A stretch of 64,000 nt of DNA. Source: Mytilus californianus (lineage: Eukaryota). The number at the start of each line of letters is the position of its first letter. Within the stretch, counting starts at the first letter, position 1. The DNA lies in assembly GCF_021869535.1 (NCBI RefSeq), contig NW_026262734.1, forward strand, positions 66,464,001 to 66,528,000, written 5' to 3'. Below are positions 36,915 through 51,300 of the stretch, piece after piece. The notes beneath the pieces are model-generated. The model was given only the letters and a program-made list of their open reading frames with translations. It was not told the DNA's origin and did not search any database. The translations under genes and the position numbers were made by a program.

Positions 36915-38217
36915 TTAAGTATGCAAATAAGGAGACAAAGGACTATTTCAGGAATGGCCTTAGTACATTCCATTATCCGTGCATTTCAGCAGGAGACCGA
37001 ACCATTTTTATCGTTTTATATAGCGCTTACACAGTTTGAGGTCTAAACTATGCTTTCGGTGTCAGTAGTTTTTTTTTAATGTCAAGTGGCAAATATTGCA
37101 TGCATATTCAAGTCGAAAACCAATTGGAAATACATCAATGGCCAGTGGCAAATATTGCAGGCATCAAAATCGATAACAAATAAAACATACATTAAATGAG
37201 TATGTAGTGACGATTGTTGACCAAAATTGCCACTGGAAAAAGTGTATGTTGGAAGCTTTTCCTAGCAACAGTCCACGTACGAACCCCTCGAGAAGACCCA
37301 ACTCCCAAATACCTTTCGAACGAACGACGTATATATTCACCCCACACATTTAAATGGAAGTGCTTTTAAATTATCGGAAAAAAAACTGCCGGAATTTAAA
37401 GTCCAGCAGATGATGAGTATGTACCCTCGTTGATACTAAATCGTAATACCTTTAATTATATCCCCCAAACAATCCCTATCGCTTAAAAATTAATGGGAAT
37501 GAAATTGACAATACCCCCAATTAAAAAAACCATCAAAGTCACATTAAAGAGGCAAACATTTTCCTGGAAAAATTGGCTAAAAGCTGATATTTGTCTAGTT
37601 TTAAATCTCTCTTTAGATTTTTTAAACTTGCTAGAGCACTTAAAAATTTTCTACAGGTATTAAAGTGGATTAGAAGGAACTGAATATGGTAAAGAAATTT
37701 TCAACAAAAAACTATTAATCGTAAAAGTATCGTGACCAATCTCTTACTTTGAAATCACTTATATTCGAATTATAGCGTCATACATAATGGTCCAACACAC
37801 AGCGTTTTACAACGTGACTGCCTTTCATGCTATCAAATTTGGTTATGATAGTGCTTGGTTACATTGGCTTTTTACAATATAATGAAATCAGTAATTTGAA
37901 GTACAACGATGTCATTTTTTTTTTTTTTTATTCACATATAAATATAAGAATAAAAAAAGCGTAAACCCGATCAATACAAATCAGATGCATGACTCTGTAG
38001 TTATTGCTAAAGATCAAGCCACAGCATGTCCTTTTTCTTTTGCTTAATTTATTTGAATATGGCAAATATCATTCCGAATGATGAATTCATATTTAGATTC
38101 CTTTTTCGATCAGGCAACATTATAGTTTGATACATAAAAACCGACCACTTATAATAGCTACACTAGGGCTTGAGAATGTATTGTCAATCGTTTGAAAAAA
38201 GTATGTAACAATTTCAA

Positions 38218-38336
38218 TATTGGTTTACATTCACTAAGGGCTATTAACTATTGGTTTACATTCACTGAGGGCTATTGAATATTGGTTTACATTCACTGAG
38301 GGCTATTGAATATTGGTTTACATTCACTGAGTGCTA
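38218..38336. repeat. 31-bp minisatellite, about 4 copies
   Basis: tattggtttacattcactgagggctattgaa at 38218, 38249, 38280 and 38311. Confidence 0.9.
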
Positions 38337-38886
38337 GTGGTGTTACAAAAGCAGCGAATTCCAATGTCAATGACAGGTGTTAGAAACGTCAAGGTCGCAG
38401 GAACAGTGACTTGGCCAAAGACTGTCGCAGACTCATTGAAACATAGATTAGAAGCGATCATTCACTGACAGGTATTTGATACTTCTTGGCTAAAATTTTC
38501 TAAGATGCATTTTATAGTTTTTCGGCACCCGTTTTTTTGTGGATTTATATAGTTCGTCCGCGCCGCAAATGCAACAGAAATTAGTTGAGTTATTTTTTAG
38601 ATTTAAATAGTTTTGAATTATAGTCCGTTTGTTTTATGGTATACTGGTTCGTCATATTTTTGAGTATGTTTGGTTTATTTAGTATTGTACAACAAATAAG
38701 TATCTTTTTCTGTGTTTTGTACTATATCAGAAAAATATTGTATTACATGGTTAATCGAGACTAAGTGAAGTCATGTGGTTTAGATTAACCAATGGTCAAG
38801 GTTTATAGTTTGGCGCCAAAAGTATTATTTTGGTTTTCATTCTTGTCGTGAACGTTCGATGGTAAATTACAATTTTCAGTTTATAT

Positions 38887-39133
38887 TGATTGATTTTTGA
38901 GTTTTTATCGCCACTTTTAAGCACCGCGTTTGGGCTATTTCGTGGCGGCCAGTTTTTATTGGTGGAGTGCCCGGAGAAAACCACCGACCTTCGATAGGAA
39001 AACTGACAATCCTAATCAATTAAGATTGGAGTCGAGTGCACCCGCACGAGCGGGGTTCGAACTCACAACCTCAGTGTTGACTGGCTAGTGATTACAGTAG
39101 TAACTTCTTAGACCACTCGGCCACCGATGCCCC
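38887..39133 (-). mobile_element. Full-length tRNA-derived SINE (247 bp) with 14-bp TSD
   Basis: The minus strand starts GGGGCATCGGTGGCCGAGTGG (A box), has GAGTTCGAACCC (B box), a central GGTTTTCTCCGGGCACTCC core and an (AATC)n tail. TTTTCAGTTTATAT is duplicated at 38873-38886 and 39134-39147. Confidence 0.9.
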
Positions 39134-39316
39134 TTTTCAGTTTATATATATATACGTATGTTATAGCTAGTGATTAAGTATTTTTGTATTTGGATTTTAG
39201 CGCAGGACTTTGAGCTTTCTCTGGAAGCGATGTCGGCATTACCTTGAGTTTCTCATGTTTCCATGAAATTATTTTTCTGTTTTTTTTTCTGGGTTGCAGT
39301 CATCACTTATAGCCCC

Positions 39317-39773
39317 GTGTAGCATCACCACCGGATATAGGTACCCCCGAAGCAAAGAAACAATGATAGCGAAAAGTATCTATTCTAACCCCCGTATAGT
39401 AAATAACTAGTAGTCGTACAATTTATCTGCTTTATTTTCATGAATTTCTCTGAAAACAATAGTTTATTTATACCTTCGTTCTACGGAAACGTCAAATGAA
39501 TAGTTGAAGGATAAATGTGTTTTAACAAGTTTGAACTCGTCACATGCTTTGTTCAAACCTATCCGATTCTGATGATTTAAAGAGAGAGAAAGCCAATTAA
39601 GGATCATAATCAGCCCTAAATAGTAGCTACAGTATTACGAATCACTATTACAAAACTTCACTTGTCAGCAAATCGTAGAATATAATGAAAATAAGAAGAA
39701 TTTTGCCTTACCTGACATCACATTTGTTTTTCAACCGCTTCGGAGGTACCTTTGTTCGTTGGTGATGCTACAC
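39317..39773. mobile_element. Putative MITE bounded by 37-bp inverted repeats
   Basis: GTGTAGCATCACCACCGGATATAGGTACCCCCGAAGC against the revcomp of 39737-39773 matches 32/37; no clear TSD. Confidence 0.55.
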
Positions 39774-39942
39774 AGTGACGACAGAGGCAATAAAAGATGA
39801 AAATAAAGAATCTTTTTAAATTTGTTTCTAAAATCTAGATGGGCATAAGTGTTAGCCTCATTTATTATTTTCTATTGATGTAATGAATAAATTTGTATCG
39901 TCACATATGTCAGATTATATTATGTTAAAAGCCGGCTAATTC

Positions 39943-40030
39943 GTCTGCACGGCAAATGCATAATTTGTCCGCACAGCAAATGCATAGTTCCGTCCACACG
40001 ACAAATGCATAGTTTGTCCGCACGGCAAAA
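39943..40030. repeat. 24-25-bp tandem repeat, about 3.5 copies
   Basis: gtccgcacggcaaatgcatagttt variants at 39943, 39967, 39992 and 40017. Confidence 0.8.
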
Positions 40031-42307
40031 GACCAGAAATGAGATTTTGGGTAAAGATTGCATGAAATATAATCAAAACCGGAGATTGGAGTTATCTACC
40101 TTTGTCCATGATTGTAGTATATCCAATGTTTTATACAATGCAAGGTTTATTTTCATTTCCCACTTCCCACTGATAAATCAAAGCAATCTTTATCCTCAGT
40201 GCTAACAAGCACTTTGATTTTTTTTTTAGATTTAAAATAGTCTCAATGTATAGTCCGTTTCTATTGTGGTATACTGGTCGTCAACATTTTGAGTATGTTT
40301 GGTGTATTCAGTATTGTATAGTAAATACCAATGTTTTCCTCTTTTCATTTGAAAGTTCAAAATTTATCCTGGCTACAAAATTAATGTAAATATAATTGTA
40401 AAACGCATATAATCGTGTTCGAGCTTTAAAAACAGGGTGACTTATAAGTCTGTTTGACCTAATGAATATGATGATTGATCAGAGATCTCGAAAAGTGATG
40501 GTCCGACGGTTTTGACCAACAAAATTTTTAAAGGACGGATACAGACAAAGGTATTTTGCAACAAAAATGATAGTGAGGACCAGCAGATTTTCTTTAAGGA
40601 CCACCATGGACAAAAAGATTTCGAGAATTCTGATTGATGAAATTTTGCTCTTATTCTGTCGTATTTACAGTACTACAACATTTTAACTAAGATCACGCTC
40701 CTAAAATCGTATGCTGATAGAAAACAATACATCTATTTTGTAACCAAGGTACATTTTTTTGTCATTGTACAAAATTTATTGCCTCTACAAATGATTTTTC
40801 CGAAGTTCACCAAAAAATCACTAAAGTAATTAAATTTGTTAACATTCTATATATTATTTTTAGGAATCACGCGTTGGCGGATTCTTTAATTCTATATACG
40901 ATCTTGAACCTATTTAGACCCATCGTGTTGATTGTTATATAAAACTATGATCACATAAACTTTTCCAATCCTGCGATAAAAACCACGCTAACGAGAGCAT
41001 TCGCTTTGGCAGAGTGTATTGGATATATAAATAAGCAGTACCGTCCGATTGGAACGATGACTTAATATCTGATACTTCGTGTAGGAAAAGTGCTACTCTA
41101 GATGAACTCTTTGTAAAGTTTAAACAGGCTTTCGATAGCTTGTACAAAGACAGCATGTAGGAAATTATACAAACAAACGACATACCTGATACCATCAATG
41201 ACTATGATAACCACAGAATGATGCTGTGTACTCCACAATGGAACCCAATCCACTCTGTAGAAACTACCCATTGGATTTATTGGGAATTTGTTCTTATCAA
41301 GAATGAGATATTTGCCATTAAAATCGTACATTATATAGATAAAAGAAGATGTGGTATGAGTGCCAATGAGACAACTCTCCATCCAAGTCAAAATTTATAA
41401 AAGTAAACCATTATAGGTCAAAGTACGGTCTTCAACACGGAGCCTTGGCTCACACCAAACCGCAAGCTATAAAGGGTCCCAAAAATTACTTGATGAACTA
41501 TAGTTGTTGATGGGCGTACGGTGATGTGTAAATGTAAACATCTTTGTCCGTTGGTCTCAAATCTTCTTGACAAACATACCACAATTCTTTATTTTTGTAT
41601 TTAACTTACTGGTGGATAAAATCATCAACGTCTAAGTTAATACGGTATGGGTTTTACTCATTGTTAAAGGCCGTACAGTGACCTTTTATTGCTAACATCC
41701 ATGTCATTTAAACTCTGGTATACCAATACCACATCTCCTTATTTTTGTTTTATATATCCAGCAGCATATTTTGAAAATATAAATATGTTCAAAGAAATAA
41801 ATTACTTTTTTTCAGTTTAATATCATATTTATTCGCACAAAATAACAACATTCAAATATAAAAAAAAAAATACACAAATAGGACTGAACGCGTGTGGGTT
41901 ATGATAGAAGCTGTGCTTGATTACAAATGATACTTAACTGCCATGAGTTAACAATTGTCCCCGTTGAGCGATGCACATGGTATAAGATGTCAATTTTAAG
42001 CTTTCTGTCATAAACACTTAGATCTGTAAATGTTTATTTTTTACGAAACTTATGTTACTGTTCTTCCATATGCATAGACATGGATAATTAATGGTATGTA
42101 GAAAGAATCTGAAGATTTGCACCACGATGTCCAAATGTTACCGTAATGCAGCAAATCTAGGTCAAAGTATAACATTTCAAAATTTTCAAATTTTGTTGTT
42201 GTTGTCGATATATTTCCAGTTATTTGTCGGAGTACTATTAATGATATTGATGACATTCAGACCATGGAAATGAACATCGATATTGAAAATATTGGTCTTT
42301 TATCACC

Positions 42308-45300
42308 TCATGAACTCATACGGCCAAATACGCGCCGGTTATTCTGTCTAGGGATACAAAATGACAATGATACCTGAAATAAAAATATTCACATTATTGA
42401 AATAAGTAGGATTCCATTGAAAGATATTTGAGGACTACCCTGTAGTACATGTGAATATAATATCGTTGATGAATGTTATTTCTCCTTCGTTTTCAAGCAT
42501 TTACTTTCATAACATTTTAATAATTAGAACATTAGGAATATAATTTATACACTGTATATATATATAATAATTGACTTCTGCAGCTAAAACCTTCACCCTA
42601 TGTTCAAGCTGTAACATCGTTTATTACACATTAACTAAAGCTAGGGGCCGGTTTAAAAATAAAACCGAGATTTAAATAACTTTAATATATATACATATTT
42701 CTAAAAACATTTACTACTGCCTCAATTATATTTGTGTTTTAATACTCAATAATTTCGTTATTGTAGTTCGAAAATGTACCCATTCATACCTATCTTCTTA
42801 TTCTATATTCAGTAGTATATCCAATTCTATAAATTTATTACCTCATCGATTAAACCCGAAAATCCATGTTTCTTTCCACCGCACCCACCAACTCTTAGAG
42901 GACTCGATCTTGTTTCCACATTACCTGAAAAGTAATAAACAATAGATCCTCATACTTTCGAAATCTAAAATATAATTCAAAGGGCTCTTATTTCTTATAT
43001 CATTATGTGGTTGAACCTAGGATTTCTTTCATCGGAAACTGATTATCACATGTTGTGAACACTGAAATAAAGTATTCTGCTCATTTCCCTTAAAGCAAAA
43101 TTTTCCAAAATACTATCAGTCGACTAGCACATGCTATACATGCATCACTCATACATACAAAGCAAAGATAAACAACAGCAAACAACGCATGGCTTTTAAA
43201 AGAAGCACGACTTGGTAAAGTCACAAAATAGGATGGGGGTTAACCAGTTTTACATGCGCACAAACCTCCCCCTTTGCTTACATAGATTGTATGTCGTAAA
43301 ACTAATACATAAACCTCCCCCTTTGCTTACATAGATTGTATGTCGTAAAACTAATACACAAACCTCCCCCTTTGCTTACATAGATTGTATGTCGTAAAAC
43401 TAATAAACAAATTAAAACCTGCTTATTTCAACTGCGAATTGGATGACGGCTTACATGAACAAGGAATAAAAAAACGGCACATATTTTGGAAATCAGGGTA
43501 AAAATTGTTGGCTACTAAAATAAGCTAATTAAGAGTGCTACAGCTGTTGTTTGGAAACTGCCGCTAAAAAAATCAATAAGAAACAACATTTCTTACAGAT
43601 TTCAGCATAAAATTGAATTGAAATCGTCAGTAATTGTGAGAGGTCAGTTAGTATTTAAAATAATTATTCCACCGGAAAGAACATTTTTTACTGGATTAGT
43701 GAGTCTATGACACTTGTGTCCCTTGCTATTAAAAGACTTCTTTTGTAAGAAAAGATAACGTACCTGCTGAGGGGATCGACTTTCTTCGGTTGTTCACAAC
43801 ACCAGTAAATTGAAGTCCATCATAGATCAAACTGACATTTGTCCATTGGTCAAGCTTAAATTATAAATCAAATATATTATTGTACATATCTCCACAATCA
43901 AAGCAGTATATATAAACCTTTTTTTTTCTTTACTATTTCTTTCACAATTGAATAAAACGTGCTGTACGCGAAATATCGTTTTTTGAATTTTTTTTAGACT
44001 TTATTTTGACACTTATGTTATTTCGTCTTTTCAACCGATGCTCTTTTGATTTTTAAGGAGACCTAACTATATTTAACATTTGTTTATAGTTGATAATTTT
44101 TTTAAAATTCATAATAAGTAAATTCAAATTGTATATAATTATAAATAAGTTACGCTCGTGCATGTTAACACTATACGGACTTAATTAACAGGGATGTACT
44201 CCTTCTACAAAAAAATGCTCAAACTTAGTTATGAGAAAGAACGAGTGAGATCGACACTTCATAGGTTGTATGGTCACCCTCACGAACGAAATAATGTGTT
44301 TGTGTTTCAAATCACCAGCAACACGTTATCACGATCTTTGATCTTTAGAGACCATAACGGTCGTATGATCTGTAATTTTACCGATTGTGTCTTAACCCAA
44401 AAAATTACTTTTTGAAAGTGTGGATTTGCATCGCGGATGATGCATGCACAGCAGTATAAGCTTGCTCTGTCGACGCACGCGTGATCGCTCCTTTTTGATT
44501 TACCTTGATTTTTATTTTCTCAATCGATTGATGCGATTTGAACATCGGTAAACTACCATTGCGAAATTTATTCCTAAAACATTATTTGCAGGAATAATTT
44601 AAATAAAGGATGTTCGCTACTCTGTTTCAAAATAACAAGCTTTTTAAAAGACTGTTATAAATTAGTAGTATATAAATAAAGGAACTATAAAAGCAGGAGA
44701 AAATGAAGGGTCCGTGTGCTTGTTTTCGAGATATAAGCCATTAAAAATTTGGCGGGAAATGATTCTCTCTACACTTTTCATACATTTAACATTGGCACCT
44801 TTTTTCTGCCTAAAAGTATGAAAAAATAATAAGGATTTCATAATACTTTCAAATATGACTTTTTAAACTATATGGTATAAAATTATGAAAAGAAAAGTAG
44901 GGGTAAGCGGGCAAAATTTTTAATGGCACTACAATGGATAAAACCAGAGGATTCCGAATATCTGGCAAAAATTCAAAATTAATGAGGAGCGAACATCCTT
45001 AAGCGTCCAACTTCTTTCTGTTTTCTAAAAGAAACCCGTGATTCCTATCCTAGAAACAGTACCTTCTGTTTCACCAGAAAGTGCGTTGATAATAAAGAAA
45101 GCCATTTAAAAAAATCGGTCCACTAGCAAGTCATGTAAGGAAGGAGTATTATAATATGTGTTTTCCTTGTTATATTAGATTGAAGCTGTTCAATTGAATA
45201 CATATCGAGTCAACATCTCAATTGTTGCTTGTATATAAAACGGTATATTTTACATGTTCTTGTAAACGATGGAAATATGATTATGATTTTCTGTCTTACC

Positions 45301-48300
45301 TTGAAAGGTATCTTAATTTCTTTTCTGTCACGTGGCTCCGTATCCAATACAAATATAACAACCTCTTCAAATCTATCTATTTCAATGCCATACGAAATAA
45401 CAGTGCCTTCTAGGCAGTTACTAACAACATACTGTCTAACTTCCGGGTGTTTCCTAGTCTTGAAACGAGCTTTGATCATGAGGTGTTGTCCGATATGTGA
45501 ACCAGTAAACCGCCATATTGTTAAATCACTGTTGCCATTGAAATCCGCCGAACCATTGTTCAGGGCCACATGGTGAGAACCAACATGAATATTTTTTCCA
45601 GATTTGTCCCTTAGGTCTGTGTCGAAATCCATCAATAATTCTGGCTGGCAGTCTGTAAAAATTTAAACTATCTCTTTTAAATATGACTTGGGGCTATTTC
45701 ATTAAATAAATGTGGTAGGGCTAGAAGAGATTTTTTTCAACAACAAATTTAAATTCGTACTGTAGTGAAATATAAAAGTTACAAACAACCATAAATGCCA
45801 AACATAAAAAATAAAACTTTCCCTTGGTTTCTATCCTACCACATTCATTAAGGGAGTATTCCTAAAAGCAAATGCGCACGATATAATATGTTATCTCACC
45901 TCCTATACATTTCTATGAATATCATTGGTTAAAAGCGACCGCTAGGAGACTATGTATATTTCATATGGGGTTAGTTGGCGTTGTTTATTTCAATACACGG
46001 TTAGTATTGGTGTTATGTCCCTTTATAGAAACAACACGGCGTCGAGGAAAAGTCTGAAACGTTTCGCTCGGACAACAGATGAAGAAATTGATGATGAACG
46101 ATTAAAGTAAATGCAGAAAACAATCAAAAGCTAACAAGTTGTTATTGTTGGCATTTATTTTTTTGTATATAACAATGGAAGTAGGTTCTTTATATGGAAG
46201 ATTTGATGACATTGATAGGCAACTAGTCTAAATGCCACATGTTAAGATAGTCGGTAAGATAAATTCGTTACAAGTGTGCTAGTGACCTAATACGAGATAG
46301 TTGGGGTCAATAAATTTCATATGGGCGAAGCTCTCACCCCATATCGAATTTACTGACCCTACATATCTCGTATTAGGTCACTAGCACACTATGTAACTAA
46401 AACTATTGATATAAGATATAATGACGACATTGATTTTAAGTCACGTACTCAGAGAACTAAGCTATTTGAATAAATACTTGGTTAAAAGGGTGTGCTTCTG
46501 TGACTAGGCTTGTATGACTTCAAAACTTTAAGAAAGAAAAAAAAACAATACAATCATTAATCTAAAGAGTCATATATAAAGAAATTTATTGACAACCAGT
46601 TGCAAGATTTTTAGAAATTCTAAACGTCTACCACGATCATAGCAGGCAGCTTATAGTTCAAGAAGGATGGGCAAAATATAGTTACTTTTTGAGGTACAAA
46701 ATTCACCATAGTAAAAAAGAAAAAAAAAACATCTGATACACAAATAATATTTCGCGAAACATTACATGTTTCACTTCAAATTAATAACAAAAAACTTAAG
46801 AGCGGTCTAGATGCATTTTACTACCAATGAGAAAAAATAAATTGTTGATTTGCTCGTCTTTCACTGTCGATTTCTTTATGTACGTCGAGGAATGACTTAG
46901 CAATAAGTGTATCTGTTAAATGTATGTCTTTCATTTCGAGTTCAAGATGATAGATACGTCCAATAAGTTGAATTTCCATTTTTTTTATATTTTTGAAAAG
47001 GACATTATTTATTGAACGGTGTGTGAAGTCAACAGATTATACTTGCTACTTTATCTTTCTAAAAAACATAATCAAGTGAAGCATATAGAATATTGCTGTG
47101 TTGATTGCATGTTCTGGTCTATGTGTATCGGGATGAATTACTTTCAAATAATAATTGGCTAAGACTTATAAAAGAAGGACGAAAAAAGAGAGATATTCAA
47201 ATAGTCTTAAGGAAGTTCGCTACTTAGTTTTAAACTAACAAGCTTTTCATAACACTAGTATATATTGATAGGGGATAAATAAAGGAACCAAAAAAGCCAA
47301 AAAAATATATAGGTCAATGTGCTTGTTTTCGAGATATTAGCCATTGAAATTTTCGCGGGAAAATATCCTCTCTTGATTTTTCATAGCTTTATCATTGACA
47401 AGTTAAAGTTCTCAAAAACTATTGAAAAATAATTAAGATTTTATAAGACTTTTACAGATTGCTTACAATTGTGCATGTAAAAGTTTAAAAATAAAAAAAA
47501 TGGGGGTCAATGGGCAAAATTTTTTAAGGCATTCAAATTGATAAAACCAGAGGATTCCGAAAATCTGACAAAAATTCCAAAACATGACAAGCGAAATTCC
47601 TTAAATAGAAGGCAAGTTGACAAAGTCATGGCAGATAACGAAAAATGACGAAAAGACAAACACTGTCTACAAAACATAATATATAAAACTAAAAACCCAA
47701 CCAAAAACCTGGGGGATACGACTACGAATACGTTCCACGTAGCCACAATTTTTCTTTTTCGTTGATTATCAAATAATAAGATTTATTAACCGATTTCTCA
47801 TTGTAACACGAGCACAGCTCATGGACGTTGCCACTAATGAAACAAAGAATACAAAAATGTACGTACCCTTCAAGAGCATCTAATTTCAAACTTTTTTTCA
47901 AAACGAGTCTTAACTTGTTGTACATCCTTCAGACATTGTAGCTTTTTAATCCGTAGTTTTCAATGATTTTGTTTCTCATTTATCTCTTCTTCTCTGCTTT
48001 TTGGTTGGTTTCTTGGTAAATAATTATTATATGTAATTGTATGACTGTTGTTTCTCAAATATAATACACTATTTTATTAAGTTCTGAGCAGAATGAAACG
48101 ATACAGTGAAGACCGATAACAAATATAAATAAAGTAAATAATTATTCAAATTTAATTTACCAGTATGTCCCCGTACAGTTGTCATTGTTGTACATGCGCA
48201 TGACCGGATATCGAACGCAGTTCCTGTAGGACAAGGTCTCACTACTGTTCTATTTTCTGTTGTCTCTATGTAAAAGCTGGAGTCTTTTTTAAAAGGCAGC

Positions 48301-51300
48301 AGCTTGCAGTGTTCATTTTCTGGACAGAGAAAAAATATTCATTATGCAAAACCATTCTCTCTTTAAAAAACTACGCTTTGGGTAACATAGAAATCTTAAA
48401 TTGCATTAAAAACAATTTAAACTGCTGCAATATATATACACTGAAAAACCATGATAGACGAAGAAAACCAATCTGGAAGAGTAAAATGCTAGGAATGTCT
48501 ACATCTGCATATATTCCCTCAAAGTCATATGACTTCTTTTAGGATTTGATTGCACTGAATTGATGATTTTTTAACCAAATTGTTTTGTCTTGTCTTAAAT
48601 ATTTTGAATCTAGATTACATAGATAGACCATGTAAACATTGTAAAGACCAGTTGTAGAAGAAATCTATCTGATTGAAAAAAATTTAAAATAGTTGATATT
48701 TAACGGAAACAAAATTGGCTACGATTGGTTACGCATAGTGACAATTTATTAATGCCAGTTGAGCAATTTTGGTTCTTAGAAGCTTATAGTTAATAGTTAT
48801 GTTATAATCATTTATTATAACAGACATTACAAAAACAGATTAAAGGTTAAAAAATAAATGGAGAATATGGCCATGGGACACAGATGATGCCCCCGCTTGC
48901 ATATAACGTTATAAAGGGACATAACTACAGAAATGTAAAAGTGAAGCCACCCAAATTCGAATTTGATCTGTGTTTCGTGATAATAAGCATTTTGTATAAG
49001 TTTCATAACATTTGGTTAAGGCAAACTAAAGTTAGAGAACGGAAACTAATTTATGGACGTACGTATGGACGTACAGACGGACGGACGGACAGGGGTTAAC
49101 ACTTAATGCCTCCAACGCCGCGGCGGGGGCATAAACAAGGCTTCCAAGTATTACAAATTTTAAAGAAATGTTCTTATTACATGAAGTAACAGAAGCTATT
49201 AATAAACATACTTATCAATGGCAAATTGAAGAATGATTATTAGTTTATACCTGATACCATTGTTGTGTCCGTGTTATCGACGGTGTTTGACTCTGCGAGA
49301 AATTTTCTTCGTACTTCATTGCCAGGACGAAATCTGGTTTGACGCCTATAATTCCATCTCTCAGGAGCATCATCATTTTTGATTGATTGCTGGTTATGAG
49401 TCTTATCATTAATGTTTGATTCCTTACTTATAGATTGCATAAGTGTCTTGATATTTCGCCATTCTACTGATGGAGTTGGAACGATGCGATCACGCTTTTT
49501 CTGTTTCTTTTTTTTAGGTTTCTTCTTCTGTTTTTTTCTCTTTATCATTCGATCGTGTTCTAACATTACAAAATCTAACAGCGAGGCGACCTGTTGTCTT
49601 AGATCCTTAGAAAATCCAAAGAATCCATGATTACTTAAAGGAGAGTTTTGTTTATGGTTCATCTCAATTAGTCTTCCTTTTGGTGATTTGACAGATTTTT
49701 GCATTTTTTTCTGCCGGCTTGGTGCGCTTGTTATATCCCGCATTGCGGTTGTTGGACTGACAGTTGATGAAACGACTATCGGAGCTTTATTTGCATTTGA
49801 TCTTGAACTATAAGTAATAGAATTTGGTGCCAATGTTAAGGGGGTCTTTTTTGTGGGCTCAGTAAGTGTATGACCTTTTAAATTTTTCCTAAAATCAACC
49901 TCTTTGAGAAACTTGTTTGCTTTTCTGGAGATTTTCTTTTTCAATTTCGGTGTTTGTGACATATTTGATTTTCCAGGTTTCTGATTAGATATTTTGTGTT
50001 TCAACATGGCAAATGTTGACTTCTTTGGCTCTTTCACTTCATCTTTGCGGATTTTATACATTATCCTCTTTGCTTCTTTTTGAATTTCACTTTCCGTTTG
50101 TTCAATAATTTTATTACTAACGGGCACCACTTTTGCACTTTTATTTTTCAGCGATTCATTTTCATTCACTTTTGATACAGTTTCACTTTTTTCTGATGAA
50201 GACGTTTTATTTTTTGCCAAAAGTCCTTGTTCCTTTTTAGTAGATATATCATTATGTACACTCGGCGATGATCGGTATGTATCGTCGTCTTTTACGTTTG
50301 ACTTCAAATCCGGAACCATTTCAATATTTCCATTTTCTCTTATATGTAAGATGTATTGGATTTCTTTGTCATTATCAGAATTTCCTATCACGACTTGGTC
50401 CAAATCTATTGTCTTGGAAGATTTTACCGGAGAAGCCTCTTCTTTCGTATCTACGACAAAATTATTTGTATGATCACCAAATACTTTCTGGGTTTCGACT
50501 TCATTAATGTTTACAAATTTTTTAATCGAATTGTTTTGACCTTTTGTTAATGGTTCTACACTATCAACAATTGAATCCCATATTGTTTGCTTCCTTATAC
50601 CAAGCAATGGTTCGTTGTTAAGTGATTTGGTATTTGTTTGATATGCTGATGGTGTTGATACTGTATTTTTGAGTAAGCCTGAAATTAGATTTTAAAAGTA
50701 CATTTTATTTACACGAAACAATTTTTATATAGACACATGTATTTGTCTCCTGATACCAATCAACATTTTTGCAATGATTATAATTGCTCAATTCAGCTAT
50801 TGAGTCAAATGTAGATAATATTTAGTACTTCTTGCACTCTTAGAACTGTATTTTTCATTTGGCGAAAAACTTTTTTGTTTTTTGAAGACTTTCGGAAAGC
50901 ATTCGATACGGTATCAAGATCTGGTTTATGGGAAAAACTTCAATTTAGTAATATTAAAGGGAATGTTTCAAAGTTATCAAGGAATGAAATCATGTGTAAA
51001 ATATAATGGATGTCAGTCAGTATATTCGTGTTATCAGTTGCAATTTTAGTTTGTTACCTTAATTTGTCTCTTTCTAGTCGATTTTAGAGATTTGAACACG
51101 GTAAACTACTGTCACTTTAATTTATATGATCATTTGAAATATGTCATTGGAAGACCCGATGATTTGTTTTGATTTTTTTACTTAACCTTACGTACATTTT
51201 AATCCCCTTTTTCAACAACAACAACAAAACAAAACAAAAAAAACACACACGAAAACACAACTTTTAAACTATGAAAACGATGTCTTTACCTTCATAACTA

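Noticed and set aside
39050-39133. tRNA gene
   Set aside because: It has A/B boxes but continues into a SINE body and tail bounded by a TSD; no clean cloverleaf.
38218-43405. 31-bp, 25-bp and 49-bp repeats (also the 21-bp and 38-bp ones) as CRISPR arrays
   Set aside because: The units are head-to-tail with no unique spacers, there are no cas genes, and the context is eukaryotic.
46658-46678. YFAHPS on the minus strand as a chitin-binding exon
   Set aside because: It is followed immediately by TGA and lacks the Cys spacing.
47722-47925. 67-aa minus-strand ORF with a donor-like end, as a missing exon of the Pif-like gene
   Set aside because: In-frame stops lie upstream with no suitable acceptor; more likely decayed TE sequence.
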